Of a stretch of 64,000 nucleotides of DNA, positions 57,199-64,000 are shown piece by piece. Within the stretch, counting starts at the first letter, position 1. Every line of letters begins with the position of its first letter. The position numbers and the translations under genes were made by a program. Source of the DNA: Candidatus Desulfarcum epimagneticum (GTDB lineage: Bacteria > Desulfobacterota > Desulfobacteria > Desulfobacterales > CR-1); NCBI GenBank assembly GCA_900659855.1, contig CAACVI010000050.1, forward strand, positions 85,902-149,901, written 5' to 3'. The notes beneath the pieces are model-generated. The model was given only the letters and a program-made list of their open reading frames with translations, did not search any database and had not been told where the DNA came from.

Positions 57199-57801
57199 AT
57201 GCGTGAAATGATAAAAATGGCGGTGACGCTCACCGTTCTGTGCTTCATCTCAGGGCTGCTTCTGGCCGCCCTCCGAAACGGAACAAAGGATAAGATCGAA
57301 TACCAGGAGCTTAAATTCGTCAAAGGCCCGGCCATTCTCGACATACTGGCCGGCGCTTCCAACAATCCCCTGGAAGACCGGTTCAAACTCATGGACGGAG
57401 ACGTGGAAAGAAGTTTTTTCGTGGGCCTGTTCGATGACCGGGACACCGCCATGATCGCCTTTGAAAGCTCGGGAAAAGGATATGGCGGCGATATCGGCGT
57501 CATGGCGGGCGTGACTCTTGGGGATGACAAGATTTCAGGCGCGGGCGTCACCACCCACAGCGAAACCCCGGGCGTGGGATCCAGGGCCAAGACCGAGCCG
57601 GGCTTCGCGGCCCAGTTCAAGGGCCTGGACACCAACCAGGTCTTCAAGGTGAAAGGCGACGGGGGGCAGGTGGACGCGCTCTCAGGCGCCACCATCACTT
57701 CCAGGGGAGTCGCGGCGGCCCTGACCGACGCCGGAGCCGTGTACAACCGTTTAAAACCCCGGTTGATGGCCAAACTCAAGGAAATCAGGGACAAACGCTG
57801 A
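57199..57801 (+). CDS. rnfG: Rnf complex FMN-binding subunit RnfG
   Basis: An N-terminal anchor, HSETPGVGS, and the covalent-FMN motif DALSGATITSRG. Confidence 0.85.
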   Translation: MREMIKMAVTLTVLCFISGLLLAALRNGTKDKIEYQELKFVKGPAILDILAGASNNPLEDRFKLMDGDVERSFFVGLFDDRDTAMIAFESSGKGYGGDIGVMAGVTLGDDKISGAGVTTHSETPGVGSRAKTEPGFAAQFKGLDTNQVFKVKGDGGQVDALSGATITSRGVAAALTDAGAVYNRLKPRLMAKLKEIRDKR

Positions 57802-57816
57802 CAGACCGTTTCATCA

Positions 57817-57836
57817 GCCTCGATTAAAAAGAAGCG
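57817..57836. repeat. 20-nt fragment matching the right core of the palindromic repeat family
   Basis: gcctcgattaaaaagaagcg here versus gcctcgattaaaaataagcg at 59927-59946, a 19 of 20 match. Confidence 0.4.
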
Positions 57837-57864
57837 AAAAAACAAAATATAACGGGAGATAATC

Positions 57865-58479
57865 ATGGCGACAAAGTCGATCGCTCAGGAATTCGCAAAG
57901 GGCCTGTGGGCGGAAATACCGCCTTTCCGGCTGGTTTTGGGTCTTTGCCCCGTGCTGGCGGTGACCAAGACCGTGGAGAACGGCATCGGGATGGGGCTTG
58001 CCACCACATTCGTGCTGATCTGCTCCAACCTGCTGGTCTCCGCCCTGCGCAAAGCCATACCGACCAAGGTCAGGATCGCCTGTTTCATCATTGTCATCGC
58101 CACATTTGTGACCATTGTGGAGCTGCTGATGCAGGCGTACGCCTACCCTCTTTTTCAGAAACTGGGAATATTCATCCCGCTCATCGTGGTCAACTGCGTT
58201 GTCCTGGGCCGGGCCGAGGCGTTCGCCTATAAAAACGGCGTGGCCGCCTCTGTGGCCGATGGTCTGGGTATCGGGGTGGGATTCACCCTTTCCCTGGCGG
58301 CCCTGGGCGCTGTTCGGGAATCTTTGGGAAGCGGGGCGCTCACCTTCTGGGGAGACATCGCGATTCCCATGCTGTTCGGCCCTTCGTTTCAACCCTTTTC
58401 ATTCATGGTGGAGGCCCCCGGCGCATTTGTCTGCCTGGGTCTGATGCTTTGCGGCATGAATCTTTTGGGAAAAAAATAG
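57865..58479 (+). CDS. rnfE: Rnf complex membrane subunit RnfE
   Basis: LGLCPVLAVT...FIPLIVVNCVVLGRAEAFA, the RnfE/NqrD pattern. Confidence 0.9.
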   Translation: MATKSIAQEFAKGLWAEIPPFRLVLGLCPVLAVTKTVENGIGMGLATTFVLICSNLLVSALRKAIPTKVRIACFIIVIATFVTIVELLMQAYAYPLFQKLGIFIPLIVVNCVVLGRAEAFAYKNGVAASVADGLGIGVGFTLSLAALGAVRESLGSGALTFWGDIAIPMLFGPSFQPFSFMVEAPGAFVCLGLMLCGMNLLGKK

Positions 58480-58489
58480 GAGATTACAC

Positions 58490-59065
58490 ATGGGCGATTT
58501 CATAGTCCTTGCCATCAGCTGCATATTCGTCAATAACATTCTTCTGGCCCAGTACCTGGGAAACTGCCCGTTCCTCGGAACGTCCAAAAAGATGGAGACC
58601 GCCATCGGCATGTCCATGGCGGTGATCTTTGTCCTGGTCATGGCCGGGGTCATCACCTGGATCACGGACAACTACGCGCTCAAACCCCTTGGCCTTGAAT
58701 ATTTGCGAACCATCGCCTTTATCCTGGTCATCGCGTCCCTGGTTCAGTTTGTGGAGATGTTTTTGAAAAAAAGCATTCCCGCCCTGTACGCGGGCCTGGG
58801 GATTTTCCTGCCCCTGATCACCACCAACTGCGCGGTCATGGGCGTGTGCCTGATCAACATCAACGAGGAGTACGACTTCATAAACGCCCTGGTGGCCTCA
58901 TTCGCCTATGCCGTGGGCTTCGGCGTGGCGCTTATCATCTTCGCCGGTCTCCGGGAGCGGACTTTCCTGGCCCGGGTTCCCAGACCCCTTCAGGACACCT
59001 CCATCGGCCTGGTGACCGCCGGCATCATCGCCCTGGCCTTTTTCGCCTTTAAGGGGATGGCTTAA
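58490..59065 (+). CDS. rnfA: Rnf complex membrane subunit RnfA
   Basis: NNILLAQYLGNCPFLG...FLPLITTNCAVMGV, the RnfA/NqrE pattern. Confidence 0.9.
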   Translation: MGDFIVLAISCIFVNNILLAQYLGNCPFLGTSKKMETAIGMSMAVIFVLVMAGVITWITDNYALKPLGLEYLRTIAFILVIASLVQFVEMFLKKSIPALYAGLGIFLPLITTNCAVMGVCLININEEYDFINALVASFAYAVGFGVALIIFAGLRERTFLARVPRPLQDTSIGLVTAGIIALAFFAFKGMA

Positions 59066-59255
59066 GCCAAACGATCCAATTCCTTGCGGGGGCGGCGGCC
59101 CCCGCTGAAAACAGTTCGATTCTCCACACAAATAAAACCCCTCCTGCGACCTTGACGATATCCGAGAAAATATCTTGCGGAAATGAGACAAGGCATGCCT
59201 TGTCTCCCATGTCTTAAGAGGGGACCAATTACCAACCTCATGTCCTTTGCGTTTG

Positions 59256-59492
59256 TCAAAGGCGCCGGCCGGATTCCGCTTTGATCCGTTCCGCAATCCA
59301 GACTTTGATGATAGACTGTCTTGTGACGCCGATTCGGGTCGCCTCGCGGTCCAGGGAGCGGATCATCCAAGCCGGAAAATTAACATTGACCCGCCTTTGC
59401 TCTAAAGCGGGCCGTTTTTGGGTGGCGAGATCCAGATACGGCGTGATATCCTCGCCATTATCGAAAAGTTCGTCAAGTTTTTCAGCTTTCAT
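59256..59492 (-). CDS. brnA: BrnA-type antitoxin (RHH/CopG-like C-terminus)
   Basis: 78 aa, RVNVNFPAWMIRSLDREATRIGVTRQSIIKVWIAERI. It overlaps brnT by 11 nt. Confidence 0.75.
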   Translation of the reverse strand: MKAEKLDELFDNGEDITPYLDLATQKRPALEQRRVNVNFPAWMIRSLDREATRIGVTRQSIIKVWIAERIKAESGRRL

Positions 59493-59745
59493 TATATAGT
59501 CTCCTTTCGCCTTTTCCGGACCTTCGGACTGAAATAATTCTGACGCGGCTTTCCCGTATTGTGAAAAAAGCGCTCCATAGTTTGCCCCGATAAGAAGCGA
59601 TTAGGGCATATCGGGATTCAGTTTCACTTTTGGCCTGAACTTGGAGTCTGTTCACATCTTCCCAAAGGCGTTTGGCCTCTTCGAAGTCAATTCCATGTTT
59701 CTTTTTGTTCGTTTCGCTTTTATTCGGGTCATATTCAAATTCCAT
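59482..59745 (-). CDS. brnT: BrnT-type toxin (DUF497 ribonuclease family)
   Basis: MEFEYDPNKSETNKKKHGIDFEEAKRLWED...RIISVRRS. The internal ATG at 59745 is preferred. Confidence 0.8.
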   Translation of the reverse strand: MEFEYDPNKSETNKKKHGIDFEEAKRLWEDVNRLQVQAKSETESRYALIASYRGKLWSAFFTIRESRVRIISVRRSGKGERRLYNES

Positions 59746-59853
59746 GATGCCCCAAGATATCACAGACCCCACATTCCCTCAATAAAAATCATTCGGCGAG
59801 GCGCTTCTCCGCCATTTTTTTTGCATTCCCTTGTCTTGTGTGATACGGATTCA

Positions 59854-59984
59854 TTGATGGCGTCGTAAAAAATTCGATCTACCGCGTTGCGGCGCTTATT
59901 TTTAATCGAGGCATACTACATGTATTGCCTCGATTAAAAATAAGCGCCACGCCTTGTATATCGAATTTTTTGACTTAGCCATCC
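59854..59984. repeat. About 130-bp imperfect palindromic intergenic repeat, copy 2
   Basis: A perfect 22-bp stem (59892-59913 pairs with 59926-59947) with the same 12-nt loop as copy 1. The two copies are near-identical over roughly 110 nt and diverge in the right-hand terminus. Confidence 0.8.
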
Positions 59985-60112
59985 CAAGCTTTTTTACGAG
60001 TTTATCATTTATTGTCTCAAAATTTTTTTCACGCTTTTCCGGAAAGCGCCGGGGCGGGCCCGGGGACTCCAGGGAGAGCCGATTTGACGGAACCGGACAG
60101 GGGGAGGATATC

Positions 60113-61522
60113 ATGGGGGATGATCAAAAGAAGGGGAAAAAACTTGCGATCCTGGGCGCTTTTGTTTTGGCCGCGTTTTTGATGACGGCGCCGCCGGCGA
60201 TCTCCAAACCCCAGGGAGAAACAGGGGAAGAGCTGTACCAGAGGCTCTCTGAAATCGCCGCTGGAAAGGGCGATATCAAGCTGTTTGAAACCTTAAAGCG
60301 CGAGTCCGGGAAACTGGACTGGACAAAATCCCGGGAAATGGAATTTTCAGGAAACCTTCGCATTCTTAAATCCGGCGCGGACCCGGCCCCGGAAAGCGCC
60401 GGAAACGTGTATCTTTTAAGGAGGCTTGACGGGGAGGTTTTTATTTTATCGCTTCCCGAAGACCCCGCCATGCTGGGGGAGAACGCGGATTCCTTTTACG
60501 CCGGCCTTGAAGGCATGTACAAAAACAAAATGATCTTCAAGGTAGGGACAATCCGGGGGCAAGTGGAAGGGCATGTGTATGACTTTGTCCGTCTCATGGA
60601 GAAACCCCAACCTCTTTTGTTGGATAAGATATTTAAAATATTCATTATACTTATGCTTTTCTTTGTCATGGTCGGCATGGGGCTCACCTTGACCTTAAAG
60701 GAGTTCGCCCTGGTCTTTAAAAAACCGAGGGGAATCATCGTCGGCCAGATCCTGCAATTCGGACTGATGCCCCTTCTTGCCATGGGACTGGGGCATCTGC
60801 TGGGGTTTTATGAGCGCTATCCCTTTATTTTTGTGGGCATGATTCTGATCACCGCGATCCCGGGGGGCGTGACCTCGAATCTGATGACCTACTACGCCAA
60901 AGGGGATCTGGCTCTTTCCATATCCCTGACATCCTTTTCCACCGTCCTTTCCATTTTTTTCACGCCCATGCTGCTGGCGCTTTATTGCGCGAATCTGCCT
61001 GAAATTGTGATTCCGGTGAAAGTCGTGGTTCAAACCATTCTGATCCTGGTCATCGCGCCCCTTGCCACGGGCATGTCCCTGCGACATAAATGGCCGGCGT
61101 TCGCGGAAAAATCCACGCCGTTTTTTTCCGGGTTGGGAATCGTGGCCCTGCTGATACTGGTTGTGGCGGGAATTTCAAGCAATCTGAACTCGTTTGCGGA
61201 CACGGCCCGGTATGGCGTCAAATTTTACTCGACGGTTTTCTCCCTGACCTTTTTGGGAATGATCCTGGGCGTTTTGTTTTCCAAAGCGTTTTCCGTCAAC
61301 AATTACCAGACCCGGGCGATTTCCCTTGAAACCGGTTTGCGAAACGCCTCACTGGCCATGACCATCGCTTTGCTGATCCAGGACGCCACCGGGGATTTCC
61401 ACAGCTCCATGTTCTTCACCTCCGGAATATTCGGATTGGCGATGTATTTCGCCGGGCTTCTTTCAATCGTTTTGTACAAGCCGCTGCTGCCGGTCCAGCC
61501 CGGGGAATCGTCCTCCGGCTGA
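60113..61522 (+). CDS. Bile acid:sodium symporter (BASS/SBF) family transporter with an extra N-terminal extracytoplasmic domain of roughly 170 aa
   Basis: The RBS ggagg precedes the ATG at 60113. A signal or TM segment (LAILGAFVLAAFLMTAPPA) is followed by a soluble segment and then the BASS core (GMGLTLTLKEF...GLMPLLAMGL...IPGGVTSNLMTY). The track start at 59954 lies inside the repeat. Confidence 0.8.
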   Translation: MGDDQKKGKKLAILGAFVLAAFLMTAPPAISKPQGETGEELYQRLSEIAAGKGDIKLFETLKRESGKLDWTKSREMEFSGNLRILKSGADPAPESAGNVYLLRRLDGEVFILSLPEDPAMLGENADSFYAGLEGMYKNKMIFKVGTIRGQVEGHVYDFVRLMEKPQPLLLDKIFKIFIILMLFFVMVGMGLTLTLKEFALVFKKPRGIIVGQILQFGLMPLLAMGLGHLLGFYERYPFIFVGMILITAIPGGVTSNLMTYYAKGDLALSISLTSFSTVLSIFFTPMLLALYCANLPEIVIPVKVVVQTILILVIAPLATGMSLRHKWPAFAEKSTPFFSGLGIVALLILVVAGISSNLNSFADTARYGVKFYSTVFSLTFLGMILGVLFSKAFSVNNYQTRAISLETGLRNASLAMTIALLIQDATGDFHSSMFFTSGIFGLAMYFAGLLSIVLYKPLLPVQPGESSSG

Positions 61523-61621
61523 TCGCGCCGCTGAGACGAAACGATTTTCAAACGTTTATAGTCAAAAGCATAAAATGCACAGATGATCAAAGACCTTCAA
61601 ATTACAATATTTTGGTTATAA

Positions 61622-61638
61622 TTTTTACGATGCCGTCC
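61622..61638. repeat. 17-nt fragment matching the terminal arm of the palindromic repeat family
   Basis: tttttacgatgccgtcc here versus tttttacgacgccgtcc at 6860-6876, a 16 of 17 match. Confidence 0.35.
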
Positions 61639-61696
61639 GATCTGTTTTTTACGGGTTTATCAATTTCCTTAAGTGTGAAAAAGGAGCAATGTAGAA

Positions 61697-62926
61697 ATGC
61701 CTGAAAGAAAAGTATTCGTTAACAGTTTAAAACTTAAGAATCTTTTGTCTTTTGGCGATAAAAGCGATGATATTGAACTGGGTCCTTTGAATGTCCTGAT
61801 CGGGAAAAATTCGTGCGGAAAATCAAATTTCATTGAAGCCTTTTCTTTGTTAAAATCTTTGCCGAAAGATTTGCTTGCTCCCATACGAAGAGGCGGAGGG
61901 ATCAGGGAATGGCTTTGGAAAGGTTCCGACGAAAGTTCGGTCGCGGAGTTGAATTTGTCGCTCAATTATCCCGGGGACCCTATTCCTTTGAGATACAGGC
62001 TTAACTTTTCGGAAGTCAGCCAGCGCCTTGAGATTTTTGATGAAGCCATTGAGAGCGCTCGCAAAACCCATGAATCAGAGGATGACGTCTATTTTTATTA
62101 CCGGTATATGGGTGGCTCGCCTGTTTTAAATGTTCGAAATCCTGAAAGTCGCGCTCCGGAACAAAACGATGGAAGGGGCGGGATCAAGCGAAAACTCCAC
62201 AGGGAAGACTTGGGGATCAATCAGTCTGTTTTGTCCCAGAGAAAAGATCCGGATCTGTACCCGGAGCTGACGTTTATCAGCAATCGCTTTTCAGAGATCA
62301 GGTTGTTCAGGGACTGGAATCTTGGAAGGCGCTCGCCGCCTCGTCTTCCCCAAAGCCCGGATCTGCCGGAAGATTTTCTTTTGGAAGATATGAGCAATCT
62401 TGGGCTTGTCCTGAACAATCTCCAGCATGAACCAGCGGCCAAGCGGGCTATTTTGGAGAATTTGAATTATTTTTATGATGAATTTGATGATATTTCGACG
62501 AAAATTCATGGCGGAACCGTTCAGATTTTTCTGCACGAAAAAAAATTGACCCAGCCTGTTCCGGCCACGCGCCTTTCCGATGGAACGCTTCGTTTTTTAT
62601 GCCTGATCGTTATTCTATGCCATCCCGACCCTCCGCCGCTGATCTGCATTGAAGAGCCGGAATTGGGATTGCATCCTGATATTTTACCGCATGTCGCCAG
62701 GATGCTTCTGCAAGCCTCTGAAAAAACACAGCTGATTGTGACGACCCACTCCGATATCATTGTCGATGAGCTGACGGACCGCCCGGATTCAGTGGTGGTT
62801 TGTGAAAAACATGACGGTTTGACGAAGACGCGCCGCCTGGACGCAGAGTCGCTTAAAGGGTGGCTTAAAGAATATTCTTTGGGAGAGTTGTGGCGAAGTG
62901 GCGAAATCGGGGGAAATCGATGGTAA
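61697..62926 (+). CDS. ABC/SMC-type (AAA_21/AAA_15-like) ATPase, OLD-family-like
   Basis: Walker A LIGKNSCGKSN, signature-like LSDGTLRF, Walker B LICIEEPELGLHP, H-loop LIVTTHS. The gene is AT-rich relative to its neighbours. Confidence 0.8.
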   Translation: MPERKVFVNSLKLKNLLSFGDKSDDIELGPLNVLIGKNSCGKSNFIEAFSLLKSLPKDLLAPIRRGGGIREWLWKGSDESSVAELNLSLNYPGDPIPLRYRLNFSEVSQRLEIFDEAIESARKTHESEDDVYFYYRYMGGSPVLNVRNPESRAPEQNDGRGGIKRKLHREDLGINQSVLSQRKDPDLYPELTFISNRFSEIRLFRDWNLGRRSPPRLPQSPDLPEDFLLEDMSNLGLVLNNLQHEPAAKRAILENLNYFYDEFDDISTKIHGGTVQIFLHEKKLTQPVPATRLSDGTLRFLCLIVILCHPDPPPLICIEEPELGLHPDILPHVARMLLQASEKTQLIVTTHSDIIVDELTDRPDSVVVCEKHDGLTKTRRLDAESLKGWLKEYSLGELWRSGEIGGNRW

Positions 62927-63531
62927 AAATTTATGTCGAAGGCGGCGGAGATCAGGCGAGATCGAAATCTCAGTTCAGGAGGGGATTCAGCGAGTTTTTT
63001 TCCGGAGCCCTTCCTGAAGGCAAAAAGCCGAGAATCATTGCCTGCGGCAGTCGGAAAAAAGCGTATGACCGCTTCCACACGGCCATTCGTGAAAATAAAA
63101 ATGAATTTTGCATGCTCCTTGTGGACAGCGAAGGGCCTGTCCATGATGGTATCAAACGATGGGATTTTTTGAAAATCCGAAGGGCTGATGGATGGGAGAA
63201 GCCCGACGGCGCCCATGAAGACAATGTTCAGTTCATGGTTCAATGCATGGAAAGCTGGTTTCTGGCCGATAAAGATTGTCTTGCGGATTTCTTTGGCCAA
63301 GGTTTCAATCCCGGGGCGCTTCCGAACAATCCGGAAATTGAAAGGGTTCCCAAAAAGGATGTGTTTGGAGGTTTAAAAAACGCCTCCCGGCATGCAAGGA
63401 CCAAAGGCGGGTATAAGAAAGGACGTCATTCTTTCGAAATTCTGGCAAAGATCAATCCCCAAAAAGTGTGTGAGGCGTCTGATCACGCGAGAAATTTGAT
63501 TGACACCTTGAAAAATAAAATGGTAGGTTAG
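62920..63531 (+). CDS. DUF4276-like (Toprim-like) protein
   Basis: The internal ATG overlaps the ATPase stop (ATGGTAA). The protein reads MVKIYVEGGGD...LLVDSEGPV...QCMESWFLAD, the conserved acidic pattern I associate with DUF4276. Confidence 0.7.
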   Translation: MVKIYVEGGGDQARSKSQFRRGFSEFFSGALPEGKKPRIIACGSRKKAYDRFHTAIRENKNEFCMLLVDSEGPVHDGIKRWDFLKIRRADGWEKPDGAHEDNVQFMVQCMESWFLADKDCLADFFGQGFNPGALPNNPEIERVPKKDVFGGLKNASRHARTKGGYKKGRHSFEILAKINPQKVCEASDHARNLIDTLKNKMVG

Positions 63532-63619
63532 ATCGTCGCATTGGGTTTGAAAAATTCGTAAAAACCGATCAGGCGCCGTGATGTTTTGACGCAAAGCAAA
63601 TGGTCCGGGGAAGGCAAAG

Positions 63620-64000
63620 ATGAAAGACGAGATAAAGAAAATCGTTCAAAATAAAAAGTCCGGGAAGATCAAAAGGTGGGTCAGGATGACCCTGGCCATT
63701 TTCGTTCTGCCTTCGGTTCTCTTTGTCGCGGGGGCGGCCCAGGCGGGAGAGGAATGGCCCCGCGTGGTCGCCTCCGGGGACGGGGTTCCCATCTCCTATG
63801 AGGTTTATGGGAAAGGCGATCCGGCCCTTGTGTTTGTGCATGGCTGGAGCTGCGACGCCCGGTACTGGCGGGCCCAGACCCCGCGTTTTTCCCGAAAACA
63901 CAGGGTGATTCTCCTGGACCTGGCCGGGCATGGCCATTCGGGACACGGACGCTCGCGGCACACCATGAGGGCTTTTGGGGAGGATGTCCGGGCCGTGGCC
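63620..64000 (+). CDS. Alpha/beta-fold hydrolase with an N-terminal signal/anchor (3' end outside the window)
   Basis: The frame is open to the window edge and contains PALVFVHGWSCDARYW...VILLDLAGHGHS. Confidence 0.75.
   Translation, partial: MKDEIKKIVQNKKSGKIKRWVRMTLAIFVLPSVLFVAGAAQAGEEWPRVVASGDGVPISYEVYGKGDPALVFVHGWSCDARYWRAQTPRFSRKHRVILLDLAGHGHSGHGRSRHTMRAFGEDVRAVA

Noticed and set aside
59086-59105. A GC-rich hairpin (gcgggggc-ggcg-gcccccgc) after rnfA, considered as an intrinsic terminator
   Set aside because: No U-tract follows (the sequence continues tgaaaacagtt), so it is not a convincing rho-independent terminator. It is mentioned only as context in the BrnTA finding.
59785-59820. 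A hairpin plus T8 tract (ggcgaggcgcttctccgcc followed by tttttttt) on the plus strand upstream of brnT
   Set aside because: The stem is imperfect, and no plus-strand gene ends here that it could terminate. It lies in the brnT promoter region, and the T-run is more simply AT-rich promoter DNA.

Overview
This is a high-GC bacterial chromosome segment. Its gene content (type-B Sdh/Frd, NfnAB, cytochrome-c-linked Rnf, Tat-exported redox proteins) suggests an anaerobic Desulfobacterota-like organism; that assignment is inference only. Most of the window is core genome: a partial mscS, sdhCAB/frdCAB, a complete tol-pal operon (tolQ-tolR-tolA-tolB-pal-cpoB) followed by ruvC, an ArsR-permease-thioredoxin-like triad, azlCD, tRNA-Lys and tRNA-Glu, trkAH, birA-bioYMN, nfnAB, tatD, a secreted HAD hydrolase and pyrD. 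It also holds a full dcw cluster (mraZ-rsmH-ftsL-ftsI-murE-murF-mraY-murD-ftsW-murG-[insert]-murC-murB-ftsQ-ftsA-ftsZ), an SLT/LysM transglycosylase, a B12-type radical SAM protein, and a cytochrome c + rnfCDGEA cluster. Accessory or unusual content: (1) an AT-rich two-gene cassette at 61.7-63.5 kb, an ABC-type ATPase plus a DUF4276/Toprim-like protein, which is my best candidate for an uncharacterised defence system. (2) A truncated, motif-degenerate Rnf cluster with a membrane-anchored five-haem cytochrome and no rnfB. (3) A tightly coupled four-gene cluster at 14.2-19.4 kb with two Tat-signal proteins, a signal-anchored protein and a NapH/NapG-like fusion. (4) A roughly 130-bp imperfect-palindrome repeat family, with two full copies that differ by a compensatory stem change, plus fragments. 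(5) A decayed mobile/toxin-antitoxin islet abutting the tRNA-Glu 3' end. (6) A VapBC-containing AT-rich insertion splitting murG from murC. (7) Several other toxin-antitoxin modules. I saw no rRNA genes and no CRISPR arrays. All family assignments come from reading the translations and from remembered motifs; no searches were run.
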